Notes: generated by a model not told the origin, from the letters alone. Positions 50,649-58,710 are shown, counted from the first letter of the stretch. The stretch is DNA of 64,000 bases from a virus (IMGVR_UViG_3300031420_000495:160001-224000); one strand, 5' to 3'. A program made the numbers and translations.

Positions 50649-51377
50649 TTAAAGCAAGAAGTCGCTGATTTCGCGGTTGATGCGAATGTCAGCGTCATTG
50701 ACGATTGGGTCGAGAATGACTGGTTGATTTCCACGCATAGCCATGTTGCGTGTACCAAAGTCCAGACGATCATCATCAGTTAGCAGCGCACGGATTTTCG
50801 TCATGACTTCAACCAGGCTGTAGAGTTCTGGGCTGATATTTGGAAGGAATTGTTCAAGATCAACGGAAATGCGTTGCTGTTTCTGATGATCGCTCAGCAA
50901 CCATTTGAGAACACCACGCGGAGTCTTTGACGCGGTTGCCCAGCGGAAAACAGTTTCCATATCAGTGAAGTTGTTACGCTCACCACCAATTTGCTTGATG
51001 ACGTCTTCGTCTTTGAAGAAGTCGATCTGGTCATTACCGTGAAATGGCGTGAGAAGTTCCATCTTCACATAGTTGATGTTTTCAGCACCATCGCCGATCT
51101 TCAAGAACTTTGGAAGAACACGAACTTTTGACTTGAACTTTGGAAGCCATGGACTTGGGTTGTCAACACAGAAGTTTGCAAACTTTGCATACGCACTGTC
51201 TTGATACCAGAATTTGAATACGTCCGTGCCATTGGTAAGAGCGACCCCAAGTGCACCTTTACCAAGTGGACGCAGTTTTGTTTTACCAGCGGCGAACTCG
51301 GCCTTGATAAAATCAACTGCCTCTGCAGGTGTAAGTTGAGACAGGCGTTTTGCGCCTGACAGTTCATACAGTTTCAT
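50649..51377 (-). CDS. protein-kinase-like fold protein
   Basis: LGKGALGVA, VFK, DFGTRN, VILDP; starts MKLYEL. Confidence 0.6.
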   Translation of the reverse strand: MKLYELSGAKRLSQLTPAEAVDFIKAEFAAGKTKLRPLGKGALGVALTNGTDVFKFWYQDSAYAKFANFCVDNPSPWLPKFKSKVRVLPKFLKIGDGAENINYVKMELLTPFHGNDQIDFFKDEDVIKQIGGERNNFTDMETVFRWATASKTPRGVLKWLLSDHQKQQRISVDLEQFLPNISPELYSLVEVMTKIRALLTDDDRLDFGTRNMAMRGNQPVILDPIVNDADIRINREISDFLL

Positions 51378-51408
51378 AATACCTCATCATGTTATATTGA
51401 GGTATTTA

Positions 51409-51481
51409 TGGCACCACTGGAAGGAGTCGAACCTTCGCAACCAAGGATCGGAACCTCGGCGCCGAATCCGTCGGCAGTGGT
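51409..51481 (-). tRNA. tRNA-Arg(CCG), short D-arm
   Basis: CGAGG-UUCCGAU-CCUUG, UUCGACU, CCA. Confidence 0.75.
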
Positions 51482-51482
51482 A

Positions 51483-51788
51483 TTAGTCTTTCTTCTTTTT
51501 CTTCGCGTCTTCTTTGGCGTGTTGTTTCGCCAAGTCACGTTGGAGCATCGCCATTGCAGCGTGGATTGCTTCACCGTTTTTCAGATTCTTGCCAGCGCGA
51601 TTGATGTAGAACTGAAGCATGCGAATTGCGGAACCCAGACCTTTCGGGCTGACGCTTTTCTTTTTGTACTCGTTGTAAATCTCTTGAGCCGTGCCGGTGT
51701 GCGTTCCCTTCTTTGCAAAGGTTCGTGCTGGACCGTCAGTCACAGGTTGTGACCAATTCTTTTCACCAAGCAATTCTTCGACAAGCAT
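51483..51788 (-). CDS. basic hypothetical, MLVEELLGE N-terminus
   Basis: TAAATA upstream. Confidence 0.7.
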   Translation of the reverse strand: MLVEELLGEKNWSQPVTDGPARTFAKKGTHTGTAQEIYNEYKKKSVSPKGLGSAIRMLQFYINRAGKNLKNGEAIHAAMAMLQRDLAKQHAKEDAKKKKKD

Positions 51789-51811
51789 AATAATCTCCCA
51801 ATGTAGAGAGA

Positions 51812-52144
51812 TTATTTATTCACTTTGTTCACAAGTGTCTGCGCAGCTTTAGCAGATTCAGCAGTAACTTTTGCAGAACCTTCTGCAGACACAGCTGTCT
51901 CGCGAGTTGAGTCGGCAGCTTTTCGTGCCGACACCGCAGCTTGTTCTGCAGCATCAGCCGCTTTCTCTGCATCATCAATTGCAACTGCAGTATCCTTAGT
52001 CGCTGTTATTTTCTTGGCGATTGCTTCTGATTTTTGTGATGGCTTTTCTGATAACTTGCCGGCAAAGAATGCAATGAACACGGCCACAATAACAGCGGCA
52101 AGTGCAGTATAAATCGTGTATTGCTTTTTGGTAGTCTTGACCAT
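51812..52144 (-). CDS. membrane-anchored coiled-coil protein
   Basis: N-terminal TM; TAAATA upstream. Confidence 0.6.
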   Translation of the reverse strand: MVKTTKKQYTIYTALAAVIVAVFIAFFAGKLSEKPSQKSEAIAKKITATKDTAVAIDDAEKAADAAEQAAVSARKAADSTRETAVSAEGSAKVTAESAKAAQTLVNKVNK

Positions 52145-52163
52145 GTGGACCTCCTATGATCGA

Positions 52164-52697
52164 CTATTTATTCGCAGTACGCTTCAATAGTCTCTTGTGT
52201 TCTTCCTTCATCGCGAGATACGTCTTGTTGACGCGAGCACGGTCATACGCTTCTTTGAAGATTTGCGCGGACACGGCTTTGTCGGACGTGGCGTGGTCTT
52301 CTGCTTGCGGCAGAACTTCACGCGTGCCAGGTTTGTACTTGCGGCCGGACGGATGGTTGGCATAACGACGCGCGCGCGTCCAGCCCATCATCAGATACTT
52401 GCGAGCCATGTCTGCACCGACAAAGTCGCCAGCGTTCATGTAGTCGTGAAACATCTTCTCGATGATCTGCGACGACTTCAACGCGATTTCAGGCGTCTTG
52501 AATTTCCAGTGCGGAACGATTTCGCCTTTGTACGGTTCGGCCATGAGTACACCTTGCTCGCCCTTGCCGATCTGGTACAGTTCCGGATTCTTACGGAAGT
52601 CAATGCCTTCGTACCATTTCATGTACGGCACTGCTTCGATGAATTCAGCTCTGCGCGACGGATCGCGCGAGAGCTTCGCCAGCTCTTGATGATTCAT
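52164..52697 (-). CDS. DUF4385-family protein
   Basis: FRKNPELYQIGKGEQGVL..EPYK..MGWTRARRYANH. Confidence 0.85.
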   Translation of the reverse strand: MNHQELAKLSRDPSRRAEFIEAVPYMKWYEGIDFRKNPELYQIGKGEQGVLMAEPYKGEIVPHWKFKTPEIALKSSQIIEKMFHDYMNAGDFVGADMARKYLMMGWTRARRYANHPSGRKYKPGTREVLPQAEDHATSDKAVSAQIFKEAYDRARVNKTYLAMKEEHKRLLKRTANK

Positions 52698-52891
52698 TTA
52701 CGGATTTGCCATCGCGGTTTGTGATCTTGGCCAGTGACGCGGTTCCATTGCTGGTATGCGCCTTCAACAAGACGCTGAAGAAACGCGTCATTGTTGTTGT
52801 CGGCCAGTGCTTCGGTCTCGGCCAGCAGGCGCCAGTACGTTTCGATGAAGCCGCGTTGTTCGCCTTCAGGAATCGTTTCGAAGTTATGCAT
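52694..52891 (-). CDS. hypothetical protein
   Basis: ORF. Confidence 0.6.
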   Translation of the reverse strand: MHNFETIPEGEQRGFIETYWRLLAETEALADNNNDAFLQRLVEGAYQQWNRVTGQDHKPRWQIRK

Positions 52892-53088
52892 CAGCAGCTC
52901 CCGAAGCGGAACGATTGGAATGAGTCGTCGCTTTCGAAAAAGCCGAGTTCATCGAGTTTCGCTTTGTCTTCTTCGCTGACGTCTGCAGGATCGATGGCCA
53001 CTGTCAGCACGTCGTGCTCACAATGTGTCGGCGCATACGGATCACCGTACTTCAGGAAGATGGTCAGGGCTTCGATCAGGTCTTTCAT
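52891..53088 (-). CDS. hypothetical protein
   Basis: ORF. Confidence 0.65.
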   Translation of the reverse strand: MKDLIEALTIFLKYGDPYAPTHCEHDVLTVAIDPADVSEEDKAKLDELGFFESDDSFQSFRFGSC

Positions 53089-53222
53089 TTTTCACCAGTT
53101 GTGCGTGGATACGTTCGAGGAAATCCGCGCCGACAAGTACCATGTCAGTGCGGGGCTTATCAGGATCGGCGATGCACCAGAACTTTGCCATGCCGGCCTT
53201 TTCTGCTGCTTCGCGGAGTTGT

Positions 53223-53708
53223 TCAATAGTAACCATCTTCATCCTCCTCCGGATCGCCCCAACGATGTTCGTAGTCACGTTCGCTGAAGTCGTACATGTC
53301 GCGAGTGTTCGCGATCGGTTCGGGGTTGTCGAGGATGGATTGCACGACGATCGCCAGGATGTTCGTGACGACTTCGTCTGCACGATCTTCGTTGGACGGT
53401 GCCGGCTCGCCATGCGAGTATTCCTCGGCGTAGCTCAGGGCACCGAGCAGATTGGTTTGGACGTTGATGTCCGGCTGCACCGGCAGATCACGGAAGAACT
53501 TCTTGAGGAACACGACGGCGCCGGACCAGTTGTTGCAGCCCCAGCCGTTGTTGTACCAGTCGTAGTTGATCTTGGTCGCTGCGCGCAGCAGTTCGCCCTG
53601 CAGCGTCGGACAGTTGCCATCGAACGGCACAAGCTGGTTGAACAGGGCTTCGTTGGCTTCGGCCAGCGGGTGGGTGTTATCCCAGAAGTTTGGAATTTCC
53701 GTCATCAT
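53223..53708 (-). CDS. hypothetical protein
   Basis: ORF after promoter. Confidence 0.7.
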   Translation of the reverse strand: MMTEIPNFWDNTHPLAEANEALFNQLVPFDGNCPTLQGELLRAATKINYDWYNNGWGCNNWSGAVVFLKKFFRDLPVQPDINVQTNLLGALSYAEEYSHGEPAPSNEDRADEVVTNILAIVVQSILDNPEPIANTRDMYDFSERDYEHRWGDPEEDEDGYY

Positions 53709-53730
53709 GAACTCCGTTGTTTGAGGAGTT

Positions 53731-53761
53731 CATTATACCTTGGCTCAGGTCGATTGCACAG
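53731..53761 (-). promoter_or_regulatory. promoter CTGTGCA-N17-TATAATG
   Basis: Motif read directly. Confidence 0.7.
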
Positions 53762-54296
53762 CGTTATATGACCGGCAAACGTGATCGACGTGTTTCAGCA
53801 TCGATGGAATGCGGAACTTGCCGTGCATCGTTGCAATGCATTCACGTGCAGCTTGCGGATCACCACCAATGCTCGTGACGAACAACGGTTTCGTATCGCT
53901 GCGAACGACTTGGCATTCGTCAGGTGTGCCGGCGAAATACGTCTTCGCAACACCGATGACTGGAATTTGCGTTTCGTTGTAGAGGTGTGCGCCAAGTCCA
54001 TCGTGCTGATCTTCGCCAAGACGGACATAGCCATCGACGATGATGCAACCGAGCTTGACATTGACATGCTTCAAGATTTCCATGATGCATGGAAGCTCAC
54101 GCTTGTAGAAAGCGCCTGGCTCGTAATCTTGAACATCATGAATGACCGCAGTGATGACAGCGCATTCTTCGCTGTCCCAGTCTTGGAACAAGACGCCTGC
54201 CGCTACTGCGTAGCCGTCGCGATAGTCTACGTCGCAGACGAGAATCGCGTTGTCACTGATTTCTTGGGATGGAATTGTTTTCGGTGTGAACATCAT
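53745..54296 (-). CDS. nfi: endonuclease V-like protein
   Basis: DVDY, YEPGAFYKRELP, IIVDGY, IGVAKT. Confidence 0.85.
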   Translation of the reverse strand: MMFTPKTIPSQEISDNAILVCDVDYRDGYAVAAGVLFQDWDSEECAVITAVIHDVQDYEPGAFYKRELPCIMEILKHVNVKLGCIIVDGYVRLGEDQHDGLGAHLYNETQIPVIGVAKTYFAGTPDECQVVRSDTKPLFVTSIGGDPQAARECIATMHGKFRIPSMLKHVDHVCRSYNAVQST

Positions 54297-54415
54297 TCTG
54301 ATGTTTGATTGAGGACGATTAAAACTGCGATGCAGAGAATCAGCACCCAGAAGAAAGGGCTGTGCAGCAGATGACGGAGCATATCGTAAATGTCCATAAT
54401 ATCCTCAAGGGAAAG

Positions 54416-54491
54416 TGGTGCCCACGCTCAGCCTCGAACTGAGTCCTCATCCTTACGAGAGATGCGTACCACCAGCTAATACTTCGCGGGC
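54416..54491 (-). tRNA. tRNA-Thr(CGU)
   Basis: CAUCU-CUCGUAA-GGAUG, CCA. Confidence 0.85.
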
Positions 54492-54496
54492 ATTAT

Positions 54497-54685
54497 TTAT
54501 TTTTCAGTCATGTTATACTTGTATGACGTATAGTCGATAACTTTTCCGTTATCGCACGTCATACGAAGATGCATGCCAGTTACCTTTTCCAATTTGCCAT
54601 CGCAAACTTTTTGTGGAATCGGCTCTGTCTTCGGGCCGCAAGCCGTCAGCAGAGAAACTAAACCGAAAATGGCAATGATCTTCAT
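54497..54685 (-). CDS. small lipoprotein
   Basis: LTAC lipobox. Confidence 0.7.
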   Translation of the reverse strand: MKIIAIFGLVSLLTACGPKTEPIPQKVCDGKLEKVTGMHLRMTCDNGKVIDYTSYKYNMTEK

Positions 54686-54705
54686 ATAAACTTTCGTGAT
54701 TCAAA

Positions 54706-54786
54706 ACAAACAACTGAGGGGTTTCGGCTACCGCCCTGGTCTATAGTGCCAGGTGTTTCGCCTCCAGAAACGCCTTCAGTTGTTTG
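54706..54786 (-). ncRNA. structured hairpin RNA candidate
   Basis: CAAACAACUGA.../...UCAGUUGUUUG long stem. Confidence 0.3.
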
Positions 54787-54833
54787 CTCTAAAAGGGAAC
54801 CGCCGAAGCGGTTCCACAGATACAACTTACTTC

Positions 54834-55103
54834 TTAGCGGACGCTGCCACGACGGATCAGGTTCACGATGGCGAGCAGAATCACTGCGCCGAGGAACGAG
54901 GTCAGAAGCGACGCGATGCTGAAGTCGTCACCATTGATAGTACCGGTGCCGAACAGCGGAGACAGAAGCCAACCACCGAGGAACGCGCCGACGATACCAA
55001 CGACGACGTTCAGGATGATGCCTTGCTGTCCATCAGTACGCATCACCATGCTAGCGAGCCAGCCGATGATACCACCGATTACGAGCCAAAGAATGAATGT
55101 CAT
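54834..55103 (-). CDS. GlsB/YeaQ/YmgE stress membrane protein
   Basis: IIGGIIGWLAS..GIILNVVVGIVGAFLGG..GAVILL. Confidence 0.92.
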   Translation of the reverse strand: MTFILWLVIGGIIGWLASMVMRTDGQQGIILNVVVGIVGAFLGGWLLSPLFGTGTINGDDFSIASLLTSFLGAVILLAIVNLIRRGSVR

Positions 55104-55162
55104 TTCTTTCTCCTTAAGGTTGCGGGTACGTACCCACACCTATTTATTGTGGTGGGAATTCT

Positions 55163-55237
55163 TGGGGTGACTAGAGGGAATCGAACCCTCGTGAGGGGAT
55201 TCACAGTCCCCGACTTTACCACTAAGCTATAGCCACC
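55163..55237 (-). tRNA. tRNA-His(GUG) with encoded G-1
   Basis: GGGGA-CUGUGAA-UCCCC; C73; G at -1 (55237). Confidence 0.92.
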
Positions 55238-55245
55238 ATTGAAAC

Positions 55246-55437
55246 TTATTCGAAGCACATCACCGAAACCGTGCCTTCGTTCGGGCCGATGCCGACGAGA
55301 GTTGCTTCGCCATCTTCCGTCAGAACAGCAACCATGTGCGGCCCGTTCATCATGGCTTCTTCGGCATTGTAGATGACGATTTCATCGCCTTCCGTAATCA
55401 TGCCTTCGTAAGCCTGTTTGATAAATTCAAAATTCAT
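55246..55437 (-). CDS. hypothetical protein
   Basis: ORF. Confidence 0.55.
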   Translation of the reverse strand: MNFEFIKQAYEGMITEGDEIVIYNAEEAMMNGPHMVAVLTEDGEATLVGIGPNEGTVSVMCFE

Positions 55438-55446
55438 TATACCACC

Positions 55447-55740
55447 TTATTTCTTCGCGATCAGACGTTTGGCGTTGTTCAGGAAACCTTGTTCACCGCT
55501 CAGGTCGGTTTCGATGCGACCGTTGAACTGGATCACTGCAACCGGATTTTTCACACCAGCGCGGACGATGCCACCGAACCAGTCACGACCACCAAGGCCG
55601 TTTTCGTCGATGCAATCGCGAACCAGCTTCGATGCTTCTTCCAGCGAAGCGACGTCAACCCATTGCGCATTGCGCGGAGTCATCGTCATTTCGCCTTCGA
55701 AGAAAGCGATCAGGACTTGCAGGTTGGTAGCGTTCGACAT
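55447..55740 (-). CDS. hypothetical protein
   Basis: ORF after promoter. Confidence 0.65.
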   Translation of the reverse strand: MSNATNLQVLIAFFEGEMTMTPRNAQWVDVASLEEASKLVRDCIDENGLGGRDWFGGIVRAGVKNPVAVIQFNGRIETDLSGEQGFLNNAKRLIAKK

Positions 55741-55771
55741 TTTGTTTCTCCGTGTGTTTGGTCAGTGAAGT

Positions 55772-55810
55772 CATTATACCCAACACACAGAGAAATGCAC
55801 AGACTTATTT
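55772..55810 (-). promoter_or_regulatory. promoter AAATAA..CTGTGCA-N17-TATAATG
   Basis: Motif read directly. Confidence 0.7.
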
Positions 55811-56053
55811 TCCGTCTGCGCGACCGCCTTCACGGGCGAAGCGACCTTGCGGTGCTTGCTCCAGCGATGCAGCCGGATTCACCGGCTTGTAGTTGCCGGT
55901 TGCACGACGAGCAGCGCGGGCAGTACCACGCGGGGTTTTGGTTTTGGCGGTAGCGGTCATAATCATTTCCTTTTCAGGCTAAAGTTAGAACAAGCAAAGT
56001 GTCGTTCAGTGAGGCTATTATAGCAAACAGCCTCAGCTGTGTAACCCATTATT

Positions 56054-56935
56054 TCAGTGATTGCGCTCTTGGCCTTTGCGGCGGATCACCCACATATCGT
56101 CTGCGAGACGGTACGGAGAAGTGAACCAGTCTTGAGTCATTTTGAAGTAACCGTTGTTACCCCATTGTTTACCCCAAGAGTTACGAATCCAGACGTACGG
56201 TTCTGCCACGCGATCTTCGTAACCAACAGCAACAACTGCGTGACCACCGTTCATGCGGTCACGTGGGCCTGGCATGCGAAGGAAACCATTGAAACGCGGG
56301 CTGAGGAAAATCTCAGGGCAAGAGAAACCAAACGTGACTGGATAGCCAAGTGCCAGTGCTGCTTTCAGTTCGTTCAGATTGTTAACGCGCATGTACTCGA
56401 AACCCCACATACGATCGACCAGTGCTTTACCTTCAGCGAAGGCTTGAGCGGATGGTTTGACCGAGAAGCGGCTTTCGATGTACGGCCAGGTTTCTTCGTA
56501 CGCTGCTCCATAGGCCGCGAGACCCTTGATGACACTACGAATTGTCGCACCAGTATCTTGTGTCAAGTCTCTGTTGCCGTCCATTACACGCGCGTTGTAA
56601 TACGCGAACAGACGAGAGAACGGACGACGGGTGCCGATCGAAATTTCGAGTGCAGAAGTAGAAGAGTTACCCGTGCAGGAACCAATCTGACCTTGATTTT
56701 CGATTTTGTTGCGAAGACCAACGATGTTAACGAACTTCGGCAGAGCAGCAGTGTTGACTGCTCCGTTGAGCGCGCTGAACATGACGTCGCGATGGTCCGG
56801 CATATCCGGACGCCATTGATATTTGAGAATCCGATCCATGCCTTCTGGCACGACCATCGGCGTTTGTGGGGACGGATTGTCTGTTGGTGGGAGTTGCGAG
56901 TCGATCGCTTCTTCCAAGGTGTTGTTGTCACTCAT
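56054..56935 (-). CDS. papain-like (C1A) cysteine peptidase
   Basis: NQGQIGSCTG, GGHAVVAVGY, IRNSWG..WGNNGYF. Confidence 0.93.
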   Translation of the reverse strand: MSDNNTLEEAIDSQLPPTDNPSPQTPMVVPEGMDRILKYQWRPDMPDHRDVMFSALNGAVNTAALPKFVNIVGLRNKIENQGQIGSCTGNSSTSALEISIGTRRPFSRLFAYYNARVMDGNRDLTQDTGATIRSVIKGLAAYGAAYEETWPYIESRFSVKPSAQAFAEGKALVDRMWGFEYMRVNNLNELKAALALGYPVTFGFSCPEIFLSPRFNGFLRMPGPRDRMNGGHAVVAVGYEDRVAEPYVWIRNSWGKQWGNNGYFKMTQDWFTSPYRLADDMWVIRRKGQERNH

Positions 56936-56974
56936 GATATTCTCCTAAAGAGTTGTTGGTGTTACAACATCTAT

Positions 56975-57214
56975 TTAGGCAGAGCGTGCTACTTTGATGC
57001 TCCCAGACTTGGCCATGATGATACGTATGTCACCAACTTTCATGCCGGCGAAGTATTGTTTGATTTGAATTGGCGTGAGGTAATACATGCCGTTAGCTTT
57101 TGAGAACACATCGAAACCCAGCGTTTCGCCTTTTGTTCCACCATTGCTTCCGTCACGTAAAACTTCGAACTGCCAGTCACGCATGCTTTCGTCAGCAATT
57201 TCGGTGAGTAGCAT
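56975..57214 (-). CDS. hypothetical, MLLTEIADE N-terminus
   Basis: TAAATA upstream. Confidence 0.65.
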   Translation of the reverse strand: MLLTEIADESMRDWQFEVLRDGSNGGTKGETLGFDVFSKANGMYYLTPIQIKQYFAGMKVGDIRIIMAKSGSIKVARSA

Positions 57215-57254
57215 AATTTTCCCAGAATGTTTTTCTTATTTACAGGGAAGTGTT

Positions 57255-57327
57255 TGGCAAGGGTGGAGAGAATCGAACTCTCCGCAGCGCGGTTCAAAGC
57301 CGCGTGCAATCACCAGATCGCACCCCA
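57255..57327 (-). tRNA. tRNA-Gln(UUG), short D-arm
   Basis: CGCGG-CUUUGAA-CCGCG, CCA. Confidence 0.8.
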
Positions 57328-57333
57328 ACTGAT

Positions 57334-57403
57334 TGGCAAGTCAACACGGAATCGAACCGTGCCTAACGGGTTTGGAGCCCGTCGTCATCCCAGATGCTGA
57401 CCC
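57334..57403 (-). tRNA. tRNA-Trp(CCA), 70 nt, truncated D-arm
   Basis: ACGGG-CUCCAAA-CCCGU, CCA. Confidence 0.75.
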
Positions 57404-57408
57404 ATTGT

Positions 57409-57585
57409 TTATTCGTCGACGAGTTCGAACTCGCCTGCTTCTACCTTGTCCAGCATCAGGTTGATCTGTCGCGCGATGTCCTCAGCGCTGACATTCGGAT
57501 TGCTGCCCAACGTAAAGCCGATATTCTTTACTTCCAGCGAACCAGGTCCGAAAAGACGCTTGGTGGCTTTTTCCATTTCAGTCAT
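57409..57585 (-). CDS. hypothetical protein in tRNA array
   Basis: ORF. Confidence 0.55.
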   Translation of the reverse strand: MTEMEKATKRLFGPGSLEVKNIGFTLGSNPNVSAEDIARQINLMLDKVEAGEFELVDE

Positions 57586-57608
57586 ACAAAGTCCTTTCAA
57601 AGTTATAC

Positions 57609-57682
57609 TGGTGGAGAGGGATGTTTTCGAGACACCGACGCACCTGTCCCCCAGGCCGCTCTACCAACTGAGCTACCTCTCC
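57609..57682 (-). pseudogene. tRNA-like gene with aberrant G-rich anticodon loop
   Basis: Canonical D-arm and CCA but loop GGGG(G)A and T-loop CUCGAAA. Confidence 0.65.
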
Positions 57683-57687
57683 ATGTT

Positions 57688-57761
57688 TGGTGCCCAAGTG
57701 CGGAATCGGACCGCATTCTCTTCCGTACCAAGGAAGTGTACTGCCATTGTACTACGAGGGC
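57688..57761 (-). tRNA. tRNA-Thr(GGU)
   Basis: CUUCC-UUGGUAC-GGAAG. Confidence 0.85.
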
Positions 57762-57767
57762 GATGTT

Positions 57768-57895
57768 TGGTGCCGACGGCTGGATTCGAACCAAGCCCTA
57801 GTCTTTTCGTAGAAGATAACCGTTCACTGACGGTCACATTGCTGCGACAAAACTTGTAAACGACGTTTCTGTGCTGTCCACTACACTACGTCGGC
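57768..57895 (-). ncRNA. 128-nt tRNA-like RNA with large insertion in the anticodon arm
   Basis: GCCGACG/CGUCGGC acceptor, D-arm, UUCGAAU, CCA; ~55 extra nt. Confidence 0.7.
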
Positions 57896-57901
57896 ATTGT
57901 T

Positions 57902-57976
57902 TGGTCGTGACGGGCGGAATCGAACCGCCTTGATACACCTTATGAGGGTGGCGCATTGCCTTAATGCTACGTCACG
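57902..57976 (-). tRNA. tRNA-Met/Ile2(CAU)
   Basis: CUCAUAA loop. Confidence 0.85.
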
Positions 57977-57988
57977 GTAAAAGTACTT

Positions 57989-58062
57989 TGGGGTGACCGA
58001 CGGGAATCGAACCCGCGCTATCTCCGTCACAAGGAGAGTTGCTACCATTACAACACGGTCAC
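57989..58062 (-). tRNA. tRNA-His(GUG) without encoded G-1
   Basis: UCUCC-UUGUGAC-GGAGA; C73; U at -1. Confidence 0.88.
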
Positions 58063-58074
58063 ACTAAAATACTC

Positions 58075-58227
58075 TCAGTCTTTCTTCTGTTCAATCTTCT
58101 CGATTGCTTCAACGAGTTGATCGTAATACTTTGTCATCTTGGCATGTTGCACTGAATCAGAAAATTTTCCATAATTGCAGCACTCCATTTGAAATCGGTC
58201 CAGCAAGCGTTTGATGTTTTGGTCCAT
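58075..58227 (-). CDS. small hypothetical protein
   Basis: MDQNIKRLLDRF... Confidence 0.5.
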   Translation of the reverse strand: MDQNIKRLLDRFQMECCNYGKFSDSVQHAKMTKYYDQLVEAIEKIEQKKD

Positions 58228-58242
58228 GATGATCTTTGTAAA

Positions 58243-58329
58243 TGGTGGGCGCACAGAGAATCGAACTCTGTCTGGACTTTCGTCTCGGCGGGTTAAAAGC
58301 CCGCTTCCTACCCATTTGGAACTACGCCC
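58243..58329 (-). tRNA. tRNA-Lys(UUU), long variable arm
   Basis: GCGGG-CUUUUAA-CCCGC; 87 nt. Confidence 0.8.
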
Positions 58330-58336
58330 GTTAGGT

Positions 58337-58412
58337 TGGTGGGTGCGGTGGGAGTCGAACCCACAACCTAACGGGTAAAAGCCGTTTGCTCTGCCAGTTG
58401 AGCTACACACCC
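58337..58412 (-). tRNA. tRNA-Lys(UUU)
   Basis: Canonical cloverleaf. Confidence 0.92.
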
Positions 58413-58468
58413 ATAAGTTTGTCACATTTGTCACTAGACATGACAGTCACTCCTTATGGTTAATAATC

Positions 58469-58543
58469 TGGACCCACCTACAGGAATCGAACCTGTGTCT
58501 TCGCGTTCGTAGCGCAATGCAATATCCACTATACTAAGGTGAG
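58469..58543 (-). tRNA. tRNA-Arg(ACG)
   Basis: CUACGAA loop. Confidence 0.88.
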
Positions 58544-58549
58544 TATGTT

Positions 58550-58625
58550 TGGTGCCGCCTACTGGTTACGATCCAGTCCCTCTTGCTTTTCAGGCAAGCG
58601 CTTCCACCAGGTTAGCTTAAGCGGC
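58550..58625 (-). tRNA. tRNA-Phe(GAA)
   Basis: CUUGC-CUGAAAA-GCAAG. Confidence 0.88.
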
Positions 58626-58631
58626 AATGTT

Positions 58632-58705
58632 TGGCGACTCGTAGGGGAATCGGACCCCTTTCTTACCCTGGACAGGGGTAGGTAATACCAATATACGAAC
58701 GAGCC
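58632..58705 (-). tRNA. tRNA-Asp(GUC)
   Basis: UACCC-CUGUCCA-GGGUA. Confidence 0.88.
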
Positions 58706-58710
58706 ATCGG

